64,000 nt of DNA. Origin: Mycobacteriales bacterium. GTDB lineage: Bacteria > Actinomycetota > Actinomycetes > Mycobacteriales > CADCTP01. Below are positions 29,439 through 39,900 of this stretch, piece by piece (position 1 is the stretch's first letter; every line of letters starts with the position of its first letter). Both the position numbers and the translations under genes were made by a program. The notes under the pieces are model-generated. The model was given only the letters and a program-made list of their open reading frames with translations, ran no database searches and was not told the origin of the DNA. The stretch spans positions 21,364 to 85,363 of the forward strand of contig DATBFW010000135.1 of NCBI GenBank assembly GCA_036558285.1, written 5' to 3'.

Positions 29439-30679
29439 GCGTCGCCCAGGTAGAAGCGGACGCCCTGGTCGTCCGTGCACTCGCTGGTGGTCCCGTACGG
29501 CTGGCGCGCCGGGTCGGTGGCCGTCCCGCCCGCGGCGCGCACCCGCTCGACCGCGGCCGCCACGTCGGGCACCTTCCACATCGGCACCGCGGTGTCGGCC
29601 GCGTGGCCGCCGTGCATCCCGGTCATCGGGCTCACCCCCGGCACGTTCCATCCGTCGTCGACGGTGCCACCGGTGAAGGTCCACCCGAGCACCTGGCCGT
29701 AGAACCTACGGAACCGGGCGGAGTCGGCCACCTCCAGGGTCAGGTAGGACAGGTCGCCCTGGCCCCGGCCGTTCTCCGGCGAGCGCGGGGCCGTCCCGGC
29801 CGGGTGCAGCGCGAACGCGACGCCGTGGTCGTCCGCGCAGTCGGCGGCCGTCCCGTACGGACGCTCCTGCGGGTCGGTCGCGGTACCGCCGGCCGCGCGC
29901 ACCCGCTCGACCGCCGCGGCCACGTCCTCGACCGCGTATGACAGGTGGAAGCCGGGCTCGCCGGCACCGAGGCCCATCGGCAGCGCCTGGCCCTCGACGG
30001 TGCGACCGCCGGGCGCGTATCCCGGGCTGAACCGCCAGCCGAGCACCGCGCCGTAGAACGCGGCCGCCCGGTCCGGGTCGGGCACGGTCAGCCAGGCGTA
30101 GCCGACGTCCCCCGGCCGTTGGGTCTCCGGCAGCTCCGACAGCGGGGTGTGCAGCAGCCAGCGGTGCCCGAACGGGTCCACGATCGTGACGTTGCGGCTG
30201 CCGTAGTCGTCGTACATCGGCCGCGGCATCCGGCCGCCGCGGCCGATGGCCAGCCGCATGGTCTCGGCCACGTCCGGGACCTGCAGCGACAGGCTGACCG
30301 GGGTTCCGGCCGGGGACGGCGCGATCACGCCGATCTCCGGGAACTCCTCGGCCAGGTAGAGCGTCCCGCCGGACAACGCCAGCTCGGCATGCCCGACGCG
30401 CCCGTCATCCATCGTGATCGGCTCGCCGACCAGGTGGGCGCCCAGCACCTCCACGTACCAGTCCAGGGCGCGGCGGCCGGATCCGATGGCCACGGCCAGG
30501 TACGGGACGGCGGCGCCACGGGCGATGGTCGGCGGCTGTTCGGTGATCGTGCTCGTCACGGCGACTCCTCGGGGCAGGGCCAGTGCGCGCTCGATGCGGG
30601 CACGCAGGCTGGCAGCGAAGTCCGGGTCCGGGTCGGTCGGGACGACCGGCTCGCGCAGCGCGTCGAACGGGTCGGTCAT
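29435..30679 (-). CDS. three-domain VOC (glyoxalase-fold) protein
   Basis: 414 aa with three VOC-like modules. Modules 2 and 3 are an internal duplication (DVAAAVERVRAAGGTATDP occurs twice). The ~55-aa non-VOC N-terminus is MTDPFDALREPVVPTDPDPDFAASLRARIERAL. The ATG abuts the sigma-factor stop (TAGATG). Confidence 0.8.
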   Translation of the reverse strand: MTDPFDALREPVVPTDPDPDFAASLRARIERALALPRGVAVTSTITEQPPTIARGAAVPYLAVAIGSGRRALDWYVEVLGAHLVGEPITMDDGRVGHAELALSGGTLYLAEEFPEIGVIAPSPAGTPVSLSLQVPDVAETMRLAIGRGGRMPRPMYDDYGSRNVTIVDPFGHRWLLHTPLSELPETQRPGDVGYAWLTVPDPDRAAAFYGAVLGWRFSPGYAPGGRTVEGQALPMGLGAGEPGFHLSYAVEDVAAAVERVRAAGGTATDPQERPYGTAADCADDHGVAFALHPAGTAPRSPENGRGQGDLSYLTLEVADSARFRRFYGQVLGWTFTGGTVDDGWNVPGVSPMTGMHGGHAADTAVPMWKVPDVAAAVERVRAAGGTATDPARQPYGTTSECTDDQGVRFYLGDA

Positions 30680-31183
30680 CTACTCCACCTCCGTCCCCGG
30701 CGTGTCGTACGCGCGGCGGAACGCCGCGCGGGCCCGGACCAGCAACGCCTCGGTGGCGTGCAGGGTCCGGTCCAGCAGCCGCGCCACCTCGGGGACGGGC
30801 AGGCCGTCCAGGTAGCGCAGCGTGAGCGCGAGCCGGTGGTGCGGGCCGAGCCGCTCCAGCGCCGCCCGGGCGGTGACCGCGTCGAGCACACCGTCCTCCC
30901 AGGGCGGCTCCGGCTCGGCCGGCACGAGCGCGAGGCTGCGCTCCTCCCGGGCCAGCCGCCGCCAGTGGTCGACCAGCTTGTGCCGGGCGACACCGATCAG
31001 CCACGCGATGCTGACCGGCTGGTCCCGGCGGACCGTGTCCACCGCGGCCAGGAACGTCTCCGCGGTCAGGTCCTCGGCCAGCGCCTTCTGCCCGCACCGG
31101 GACAGCAGGTAGCCATAGACCTGCGGCAGCGCCTCGTCGTACAGCGCCAGCAGGTCGGCCCCCGCCGCCGGCTGCTCGCTCAC
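30680..31183 (-). CDS. ECF-type RNA polymerase sigma-70 factor
   Basis: 167 aa from GTG 31183. Sigma-2 (LAEDLTAETFLAAV...WLIGVARHKLVDHWRR) and sigma-4 (LRYLDGLPVPEVARLLDRTLHATEALLVRARAAFRRAY) are present; there is no C-terminal extension. Confidence 0.85.
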   Translation of the reverse strand: MSEQPAAGADLLALYDEALPQVYGYLLSRCGQKALAEDLTAETFLAAVDTVRRDQPVSIAWLIGVARHKLVDHWRRLAREERSLALVPAEPEPPWEDGVLDAVTARAALERLGPHHRLALTLRYLDGLPVPEVARLLDRTLHATEALLVRARAAFRRAYDTPGTEVE

Positions 31184-31325
31184 CGTGTCCGCTCCTCGGA
31201 CAGATCGGCAGGCGCAGGCGCCAGCCGATCGGCCCTCGTCGCTCTCCGCTCGCGCTGCGAGCCCTCGCGCTCGCTCACACACATCCTTCGCCCGGGAGCC
31301 CACTTCTCCGACGGGTCGGCGCGAA

Positions 31326-32405
31326 CTATTTCAGGTCGTAGACCGATTCGGCGTTGCGGTGCCCGATCAGCCGGGCGATCCGGGTCGCGTCCGCGGCCGA
31401 CCACTCGCCGGCCTCGACCCGCTCGGCGAGCAGCCCGCCGAGCGCGCGGCGGAAGGTGAGCGCGCCGAGGTAGTAGAGCTCCGGCAGCGCGTACGCGTCC
31501 GAGGAGTAGAGCAGCTTGCCGAACGGGGCCAGCTCCGCCGCCTCGGCCAGCACCGCCGCGGCCCGGGTCGGACCGACGTAGTGCAGGGCCAGGCCGACGT
31601 CGAGATGGACGTGCGGGTGCACCGAGGCCAGCCAGCCGGCCTGCCGCTGGTACGGCCAGCAGTGCAGCAGCATGACCGGGACCCGGTGCCGGTGCAGCCA
31701 GCCGGTGAGCAGCGTCGGATCGATCTTCGCCATCCGGATGTCGGAGTCGCCGAAGCCGATGTGGAACTGGATCGGCAGCCCCAGGTCGACCGCGGCGGCG
31801 AGCGTCATCCTGGTCAGCACCGGGTCGGCCAGCCGGGCGCCGTCCCAGCCCGCGGCGGCCGCGGCGACCTCGGCCGGGGTCGGCGGGACGGGGTCGAGAT
31901 CGAGCCCGACCCGGTACGCGGCGATCGACTTCACCCCGACCGCGCCGACGTCGGCGACGGCCCGCGCGAGCCGCTCCGGGTAGCGGCGGGCCAGCTCGTC
32001 CGGCTCGACGCCCTCGGCGGCCAGCGTCTCGGCCACGGTCTCCAGCCGCACCACGTGATATCCGCGGCCGCCGGCGAAGGCGGCCAGCTGCTCCGGCGTG
32101 GTCAGCCCGTCCGGCCGGAAGCCGGTGTCCACGCAGAACCGGGACGTGCCGGTCGGGGCCAGGAACCGCCGGCCCAGCTCGGCCGGGCCGAGCTCGCGCC
32201 GGCGGTCGAGGTAGTCACGCCGGGACGCGTGCGGGTCGAGGTCGAGCACCGGCGCGCAGTGCCGGCGTACGGCCAGCCCGACCGGGCTGTCGAAGTTGGT
32301 CCGGCCGGCCGGCGGCGGACCGCCCTCGCCGAGCCGCGCCTCCACGCCGTCGTCGTCCAGGTCGACCGTGCTGACCCCGTGGCAGTGGTGATCGACCAGG
32401 TCCAT
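31326..32405 (-). CDS. metal-dependent amidohydrolase family protein
   Basis: MDLVDHHCHG (HxH metal site), ...LLHCWPY..., ...LLYSSDAY.... Alternative GTG start at 32417. Lies 8-20 nt downstream of the GS-like gene. Confidence 0.8.
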   Translation of the reverse strand: MDLVDHHCHGVSTVDLDDDGVEARLGEGGPPPAGRTNFDSPVGLAVRRHCAPVLDLDPHASRRDYLDRRRELGPAELGRRFLAPTGTSRFCVDTGFRPDGLTTPEQLAAFAGGRGYHVVRLETVAETLAAEGVEPDELARRYPERLARAVADVGAVGVKSIAAYRVGLDLDPVPPTPAEVAAAAAGWDGARLADPVLTRMTLAAAVDLGLPIQFHIGFGDSDIRMAKIDPTLLTGWLHRHRVPVMLLHCWPYQRQAGWLASVHPHVHLDVGLALHYVGPTRAAAVLAEAAELAPFGKLLYSSDAYALPELYYLGALTFRRALGGLLAERVEAGEWSAADATRIARLIGHRNAESVYDLK

Positions 32406-32425
32406 CCGGTCGGTCACGTCGCGGA

Positions 32426-33820
32426 TCAGTACACCCACCGGTACGCCTCGGCGATCCCCTCCGGGGTCAGCTGCTCGGCCCTGGCCTGCTCGCCGCGGCG
32501 GACCGCGAGCACCGCGTCGGCCAGCACGTCGCCGAGCGCCTCCCGCAGCACGCCGGACTTCTCGAACGGCACCAGCGCGTCGGCCAGCGACTCGGGCAGC
32601 CGGCGGATCCCGCGCTCGGCCAGCTCGGCCGGGTCGAGACCGGCCGGGTCGCCGCTGACCGGCGGTCCGGGCCGCAGGCCGCGGCGCATCCCGTCCAGCC
32701 CGGCGGCCAGCACCCCGGTGAACGCCAGGTACGGGTTGGCGGCCAGGTCGACGCACTTCACCTCGAGGTTCGCGGCCCGGTCCCGGTGCCCGACCGAGCC
32801 GGTGATCGCGCGTACGCCGGCCTCCCGGTTTTCGTGCCCCCAGGCCGCGAACACGCCGGCCCAGTGCGACGGGTGCATCCGCAGGTAGCTGGACGGGCTC
32901 GGGGTCAGCAGCGCGGCCAGCGCCGGCAGCTGCTCGACGATCCCGGCCAGGAACCCCTCGGCGTCCGCGGTCATTCCGAGCCGGCCGTCGCCGCCGGCGT
33001 GCAGGTTGTGCCCGTCCCGCCAGGCCGACAGGTGCAGGTGACCGCCGTTGCCGACGCCGCCGGCCAGCACCGCCGGCGCGAACGACACCCGCAGCCCGTG
33101 CCGCTGCGCCACCGCCCGGATGGTCTGCCGGACCAGCACGCTGCGGTCGGCGGCGGCGACCGGGTTCACCGCGCCGACCGACACCTCGTACTGCCCGGCC
33201 GCGTACTCGGGGTGGAACTGGTCGACGTCGGCGCCTTCGGTGGCCAGCGCCCGCAGCAGCTCGGCGCTGAACTCGCTCTGCTCGACCAGCCGGGTCATCC
33301 CGTACGCGGGGCCGACGCAGGCCGGCTCGAACGCCGTGCCGCCGGGCAGCGCGAGGGCGAACTCGACTTCGATGCTGGCCTGGAACGTCACGCCGTCGGA
33401 CGCGGCGGCCGAGACCAGGTGCCGCAGCAGCGTCCGGGTGCAGGCCGGGTGGACCGCGCCGTCCTGGGTGATCCGGTCCACCGGCGCCCAGGCCCAGCCG
33501 GGCTGGCCGGCCAGCGGGACCAGCTCGTCCAGGTCCGGGTAGAGCCGCAGGTCGCCGTCCGGGCCGCCGAGCACGTCGGTCGCCACGATCGAGTCGTCGG
33601 CGAGGAACGTGTCGAACACCGGCGACATCCCGACGCCCCAGGCCGCCGCCCGGTCCAGCGCGGTGAGCGGGACGGTCTTGATCCGGTTGATCCCGGCGGT
33701 GTCCACCCAGGACAGCGCGACCGCGGTGACCCCGTGCCCGGCCAGGTCCGCGGCCCGCTCGGTGGCCCGGTCGTGATCGCCCGGGCGGCCGCCGGGGACG
33801 GGATCGGTGAGGGTCGTCAT
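32426..33820 (-). CDS. glutamine synthetase-like (gamma-glutamyl-amine ligase type) enzyme
   Basis: GlnA-fold sequence (ALSWVDTAGINRIKTVP..., EVEFAL..., GVGNGGHLHLSAW...). The ATG overlaps the permease stop (ATGA at 33817-33820). Confidence 0.85.
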   Translation of the reverse strand: MTTLTDPVPGGRPGDHDRATERAADLAGHGVTAVALSWVDTAGINRIKTVPLTALDRAAAWGVGMSPVFDTFLADDSIVATDVLGGPDGDLRLYPDLDELVPLAGQPGWAWAPVDRITQDGAVHPACTRTLLRHLVSAAASDGVTFQASIEVEFALALPGGTAFEPACVGPAYGMTRLVEQSEFSAELLRALATEGADVDQFHPEYAAGQYEVSVGAVNPVAAADRSVLVRQTIRAVAQRHGLRVSFAPAVLAGGVGNGGHLHLSAWRDGHNLHAGGDGRLGMTADAEGFLAGIVEQLPALAALLTPSPSSYLRMHPSHWAGVFAAWGHENREAGVRAITGSVGHRDRAANLEVKCVDLAANPYLAFTGVLAAGLDGMRRGLRPGPPVSGDPAGLDPAELAERGIRRLPESLADALVPFEKSGVLREALGDVLADAVLAVRRGEQARAEQLTPEGIAEAYRWVY

Positions 33821-35283
33821 GCGGGCTCCCGGGTCGGCGCGAGCCCCTGGTCGGCGGTCAGCCGCTCGCCGGCCCGGCGCGCGATCTCCGGCCGCGCCAG
33901 CACCAGCACCACGGCGAGCAGCAGCCAGACCGCGCAGATGGCCGGGTTCCACCCCGCCTCACCGGTCGGGTACGGGATGACGTTGCGGTAGATCGTGTAG
34001 CCGAGCACGACCAGGGCCAGCACCGGGATGACGATCTCCCAGCGGCGGGTCGTGGTGTCGCCGGAGAAGAACAGCAGCCGCACCGCGCCGATCGTCGCCA
34101 GCACGTACGCGACCAGCAGGATCAGCGTGCCGATCACGCCGGAGTTGGCGAACACGCTGAACGACGGCGACTCGTCGTGCCGGTAGGCGATGCCGAGGAT
34201 CACGACCAGCGCGGCCGCGCTGCCGACGACCACTCGGGCGGCCGCGGCTGGGGTGCGGTTCGGCTCCCGCACCCGGCCGAGGCCAGCCGGCGCCACGCCG
34301 TCCCGGCCGAGCGCGAACAGCAGCCGGGACGCGCCGACCGCACAGGCAAGCGCGCAGCCGAAGGCGCTCACGGCGGCGCCGAGGCTGATCAGGTGGCCGA
34401 CCCAGCTGCCGACGTACTCGCCGCCGAGGTCGCCGAGCAGCGAGCCGGATGCGGCGAACGCCTGCTGGCCGGCGGTGTCCGTGCCGAAGCCCATCACCTC
34501 GACCCAGGTGACGAAGATGAAGTAGAGGCCGCCGAAGATCGCAGTGCCGAGGATCGCCCGCGGGATGTCCCGGCGCGGCTGCCTCGCCTCCTCACCGAGG
34601 GTCGCGGCCGCCTCGAAGCCGGCGAACGACAGGAAGCCGAACACCACGCCGAGGAACAGCGCGCTGGTCTGCGTCCCGGGCTCGACCGAGAACGGGGTGA
34701 ACGTGACCTCCTTGCCGTTCGGCGCGCTGCCGGCGGCCAGCTTGGCCAGGATGATCACCGAGACCACGAGGATGAGCAGGACGGTCAGGCCCTCGACGGT
34801 GAGCAGGAACCGGGTGCCGCGGCGGACCGGCGACACGGTCAGCGCGTATACCCCGAGCAGGGACAGCAGGGCGAACAGGAACGGCGCCCACTGCGGCGGG
34901 TCGTTCCAGATCCCCAGCCCGTCGAGGAACGAGGTGAGGAACCGACCGGCGGCGGTCGAGGTGACCACCGCGTAGAAGGTGTACGTGCCGAGCAGGCCCC
35001 AGCCGGCGACCACGCCGGTCCTGGCGCCGAGTGTCGCCCCGACGAACCCGTACACGGACCCGGAGTGGTGATACTTCTGCGTCAGCCGTACGAACGTGTA
35101 CGACACGAGCAGCACGCCGACCGTCGCCAGCGCGAAGGTCAGCGGGACCGCCCGGCCGACGCTGCCGATCACCCCCTGCGGATTGATGTTGGCGGCCATC
35201 GACGGGGCCATCAGGGCCACCGAGATGCCGACCGCTTCCCAGATGTTGAGCTCGCGCCGGAACACCGACGTCCCACCGGCCAT
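33817..35283 (-). CDS. APC-family amino acid/polyamine/ethanolamine-type permease
   Basis: MAGGTSVFRRELNIWEAVGISVALMAPSMAANINPQG..., about 12 TM segments. First gene of a three-gene operon. Confidence 0.9.
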   Translation of the reverse strand: MAGGTSVFRRELNIWEAVGISVALMAPSMAANINPQGVIGSVGRAVPLTFALATVGVLLVSYTFVRLTQKYHHSGSVYGFVGATLGARTGVVAGWGLLGTYTFYAVVTSTAAGRFLTSFLDGLGIWNDPPQWAPFLFALLSLLGVYALTVSPVRRGTRFLLTVEGLTVLLILVVSVIILAKLAAGSAPNGKEVTFTPFSVEPGTQTSALFLGVVFGFLSFAGFEAAATLGEEARQPRRDIPRAILGTAIFGGLYFIFVTWVEVMGFGTDTAGQQAFAASGSLLGDLGGEYVGSWVGHLISLGAAVSAFGCALACAVGASRLLFALGRDGVAPAGLGRVREPNRTPAAAARVVVGSAAALVVILGIAYRHDESPSFSVFANSGVIGTLILLVAYVLATIGAVRLLFFSGDTTTRRWEIVIPVLALVVLGYTIYRNVIPYPTGEAGWNPAICAVWLLLAVVLVLARPEIARRAGERLTADQGLAPTREPA

Positions 35284-35448
35284 GCCGTCTCCTCGGGTGC
35301 GCGGTAAACCCACGGCGAGCGCCGCCCGTTGATGATCAGTATGGACCCGGCCGTCCGTCCCGGGACAGCCCGATGGTGTGGGGGCTCACGCGGTCGGGCG
35401 CGCGGCGGCTGCCTAGGATCATTCGTGAACAGCGTCGAAGGAGCCGGT

Positions 35449-36879
35449 GTGAGCGAGGCCAGGCCGCGCGGCGGTCATGAGGCAGAGGACTTCCGGGTCG
35501 AGCACGACTCGATGGGCGAGGTACGGGTGCCCGCCAGCGCCAAGTGGCGGGCGCAGACCCAGCGCGCGGTGGAGAACTTCCCGATCTCCGGCCGGCCGAT
35601 CGAGCGGGAGCTGATCCGCGGGCTCGCGCTGATCAAGGGCTTCGCGGCGCGCGTACGGGCCGAGCGCGGGCTGCTCGACCCGGACCGGGCGGCCGCGATC
35701 TCGGCGGTCGCCCTCGACGTGGCCCGCGGCGACTGGGACGCCGAGTTTCCGATCGACGTGTTCCAGACCGGCTCCGGCACGTCGTCGAACATGAACGCCA
35801 ACGAGGTCATCGCGACGCTCGCCTCGGAGCGGCTCGGTGGGGTCACCGTGCACCCGAACGACGAGGTCAACGACCCGCTGTCGAGCAACGACCAGTTCCC
35901 GTCGGCGATCCACATCGCGGCGACCAACGCGGTCGTCAACGACCTGATCCCGGCGCTGCGGGTGCTGCACGCGTCGCTGGCGGCGAAGGCCGGCGAGTTC
36001 GCCTCGGTGGTGAAGTCCGGGCGGACGCACCTGATGGACGCGACGCCGGTGACGCTCGGCCAGGAGTTCGGCGGCTACGCGGCCCAGGTCGAATACGGGA
36101 TCGACCGGCTGGAGTCGTCGCTGCCGCGGCTGGCCGAGCTGCCGCTCGGCGGGACCGCGGTCGGCACCGGGATCAACGCGCCGGCCGGGTTCGCGGCCGA
36201 GGTGATCGCGCTGATCGCGGCCGAGACGGGGCTGCCGCTGACCGAGGCCCGCAACCACTTCGAGGCGCAGGGCGCCAGGGACGCGCTGGTGGAGACCTCG
36301 GGGCAGCTGCGGACGATCGCGGTCGGGCTCATCAAGATCACCAACGACCTGCGCTGGATGGGCTCCGGTCCGCGTACCGGGCTCGGTGAGATCGCGCTGC
36401 CCGACCTGCAGCCGGGCTCGTCGATCATGCCGGGCAAGGTCAACCCGGTCATCCCCGAAGCCGTGCAGATGGTCGGCGCGCAGGTCATCGGCAACGACGC
36501 GACCGTCACGTTCGCCGGTGCGGCCGGCAACTTCGAGCTCAACGTGATGCTGCCGGTGCTGGCCCGCAACGTGCTGGAGTCGATCCGGCTGCTGGCCAAC
36601 GTGTCCCGGCTGCTGGCGACCCGCTGCGTCGACGGGATCACCGCGAACGTGGACCGGGCCCGCGAGCTGGCCGAGTCGTCGCCGTCCATCGTCACCCCGC
36701 TCAACCGCTTCATCGGCTACGACGAGGCGGCCAAGGTCGCGAAGCAGTCTCTGGCCGAGCGGAAGACGATCCGCGAGGTCGTGATCGAGCGCGGCTACGT
36801 CGCGTCCGGCAGGATCTCGGAGGCGGACCTCGACCGCGTGCTCGACGTCATGTCGATGACGCACCCGCACGACTCCTGA
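35449..36879 (+). CDS. fumC: class II fumarate hydratase
   Basis: [33 protein letters not shown]...[11 protein letters not shown] signature. GAAGGAG RBS 5 nt before GTG 35449. Confidence 0.95.
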   Translation: MSEARPRGGHEAEDFRVEHDSMGEVRVPASAKWRAQTQRAVENFPISGRPIERELIRGLALIKGFAARVRAERGLLDPDRAAAISAVALDVARGDWDAEFPIDVFQTGSGTSSNMNANEVIATLASERLGGVTVHPNDEVNDPLSSNDQFPSAIHIAATNAVVNDLIPALRVLHASLAAKAGEFASVVKSGRTHLMDATPVTLGQEFGGYAAQVEYGIDRLESSLPRLAELPLGGTAVGTGINAPAGFAAEVIALIAAETGLPLTEARNHFEAQGARDALVETSGQLRTIAVGLIKITNDLRWMGSGPRTGLGEIALPDLQPGSSIMPGKVNPVIPEAVQMVGAQVIGNDATVTFAGAAGNFELNVMLPVLARNVLESIRLLANVSRLLATRCVDGITANVDRARELAESSPSIVTPLNRFIGYDEAAKVAKQSLAERKTIREVVIERGYVASGRISEADLDRVLDVMSMTHPHDS

Positions 36880-36897
36880 CCCCCGGTCGCCGGGGTC
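36878..36897. terminator. hairpin between convergent fumC and the LysM-SARP gene
   Basis: GACCCC(C)GG-TCG-CCGGGGTC fills most of the 30-bp convergent gap. Confidence 0.4.
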
Positions 36898-36909
36898 GAC
36901 CGCGCGTGG

Positions 36910-39900
36910 CTAGGCGGTGAGGCGGGCGGGGACGCCGCGGGGATCCGTGGCCGGTGGGTTGATCGCGGCCGCCTTGTCGGCCAGCGCCCGGTTCGCCGCC
37001 GCCTCCCCGTCGCGCTCCCGGATCGCCTGCACCAGGTCGTCCCAGAGCACGCCGGAGGCCGGCTCGACCCGCAGCCCGGCCCGCGCGGCGGCGATCGCCC
37101 CGTCCAGCCGGCCCGCGGCCAGGTATCCGGCCGCTGCCCGGTGCGCCACGTCCGCCACGAACGTCGGCATCTCGTGCGCCACCCGGTCGCGCGCGACCCA
37201 GGTGTAGCGCCGCGGCAGGTGCGGCTCGAGCAGCGGCCCGCGGGCCAGCTCCAGCGCCCGCAGCACGTCCGACTCGTCACCGCGCTCGGCGAGCGCGACG
37301 AACAGGTGCCAGTCGAGCTGCACGTCCCCGGACAGCTGCAACCGCCCGTCCTCGTCCAGCCGCAGGCGGGCGGTGCCGTCGCCGTCGGCGCCGAGCCAGT
37401 CGCCCACCCGGGCCAGCGTCGCGTCCCGCTCGGCCACCGTCACCCCGTACGGCCAGACCGACGCGGCCAGCGCCCGCGGCGTCACCCCGCCGGACAGCGC
37501 GAGGAAGCCGGCGATCTCCAGCGCCAGCGGCGTGCCCGGCAGCAGCCGATCGGTCCCGTCGACGGCCGGCTCGCCGAAGATCCGCAGCAGCACCGCCGGC
37601 TCGCGGTCCGGGTCGACCGGCCGCGGCAGGTCCGGCACGACCAGCCCGTCCGCCGGCTCGTGCGCGGCCGCCGAGACCGGCGCCCACACCGGCGGGGGCG
37701 CCGCGGCCGGCTCCGGCTCGGCGGCGGCGGCCTCGGCCCGGATCAGCCTGGCGAGCGCCGCGTAGCTGCGGGCGGTCAGCAGCTGCGCGCCGACCGTCAC
37801 GCCGAGCACGCCGGTGTCGAGCATCCCGCGGTCGTCGATCTCGAACCGCCACCGTGCGGTCGGCACCTCGCCGGCGATGAGGATGCCCAGCGGCGCGCGC
37901 CGGGTCGAGCGGGCCCAGTCCTGCAGTTCGGACAGTTGCTCCGGTGCCGGCGGGCTGGCCAGCACCAGGAAGTCGGGGGTCACGCCGTCGCCGCGCAGGC
38001 CGCGGACCCGGCCGGTGAGCACCGAGTCGATCCCGGACGCGGACAGCTCCTGCCGGCCGGCCGACAGCCGGTCGGTGACGCCCTCGACCACCTCGTCGAG
38101 CGAGTCGACGCAGCGCAGCCGGTCCTCGCTGATCGGCGCCAGCGCGGAGCCGAAACCGACCAGCGTGACCCGCATGTCGTCGGACCACCGGTTGGTGACC
38201 AGCTCGACCGCGGCCGCGGCGACCACGCTGCGGGCCCGGTCGAGGTCGCCGGCCACGCAGATCGCGCCGCCCGAGCTCTCCAGGTCGACGAAGATCCGCC
38301 CGTGTCCGTCGCCGCCGACCGACACCAGCCCGGGCAGCGGCGCGGCGACGCCGTCCACCGCCGGCAGCGGGGTGGAGCGGTCGAGCACCCAGCGGGATCC
38401 GCCGTTCTCGGCCACGAACGGCGGCGGCGCCTGGTCCTGCGGGACGGCGAGCAGCAGCTCGAGTGCGTCGGTGGACAGCCGGGCCGCGTACACCTCGGGG
38501 GCCGGGCGGTCGTGCTCGGCCAGCGTGCGGGCGAGCGTGCGCAGGGCGCGGTCGAGGTAGTCGGCGCCGGCCTGGTCCGCGCCCAGCCGGACCGCGACCT
38601 CGGCCGCGGCCGCTTCGGCGTCCGGCAGCGGGGCCGTGCTCCCGGCGCGGCGCTGGGCAGCCCGCCGGCGGCGCAGCGCGACGAGCACCTCGAGCACGCC
38701 GGCGGCGAGCAGTTCCGCGCCGACCAGGTCCCACGGCAGTTCGGGCGACCGCTCCGGCCCGCGCGCCTGGCCGCCGATCGCGTGCCCGTCGGCCCCGGCC
38801 CGGCTCAGCGGCCCGCCGACCGCCGCCGGCGCCGGCAACGCCCCACTCCCCACCCCGTACGCCGAACCAGCGCCGCCCGAGTCTGTCGCCGACCCGGTCC
38901 CGCGCACCGCGCCCGAGCCGTAGCCGGCAGCCGGACTGCCGAGCGCCCCCGAGCCGGGACCGTACTGGCCGCCCGAGCCGGAGCCCGCGGCCGTGCCGGA
39001 GGTGTGCCCGGCGGCCGAGCCGGCGCCGGTGGCCGAGCCGGAGCCGGTGGAGCCAGCGGCCGAGCCGGAGCCGGTGGGCGAGCCGGAGCCGGCGGCCGAG
39101 TCGGAGCCGGCGGCCGAGCTGGAGCCGGTGGAGCCGGCGGCCGAGTTGGAGCCGGTGGTATGGCCGGTGCCGCTGATCGTGCTGGAGCCCGCGTGGCTGA
39201 GCGGGACGGAGCCGGCGGTCGAGCCCGATCCGCCCGCCGAGTGGGAGCCGGACAGCGAACCGGAGCCCGACAGGGAGCCGGAACCGGCGAGGGAGCCGGG
39301 GCCGGAAGGGGAGCCGGGGCCGGAAAGGGAGCCGGGGCCGGAAAGGGAGCCGGGGGCGGAAAGGGAGCCGGGGCCGGCGTGGGCGGTGGTCGACTGGGTG
39401 GTGCCGCTGTTGGCGACCGACCCGTGCGCGGCCGGCAGGTCGGGCGTGACCTCGATGAGGCCCTCACCGCGCGCGTCGGCCGGCATGATCAGCGTCCAGC
39501 CCGGCCGGATCAGGCTCTCCAGCGTCAGCTTCGACCCGTCCGGCTGCGGCCGACCCTTGTTGAGCTCGAACACCTCCCGGTAGCGGATCCCGGATCCCAG
39601 GTAGCGCTCGGAGATGTCCCAGAGACTGTCGTGGTGGCGGCCGTGCGGCGGCATCACCACGTACTGCTTCGTGCCGTGCGGGGTGGCCGCCGCCTGCCCC
39701 CGGGCCGGCGCGGTCCGGGCCTGGTCCGCCTGCCGGGCGGCCGCGTCCGCTTGCCCGACCGTGGTGACCGCGACCTGGTCCATCGCACCGGAGACCGAGG
39801 CGACCGCAGCAGGCGCCGCGGCCGGAGGGCCGGACGACGTGTGCGCGGTCTGCAGCCCGTGGCCGGCGGTGGCCAACAGCAGCACCGCGGTCACCAGCCG

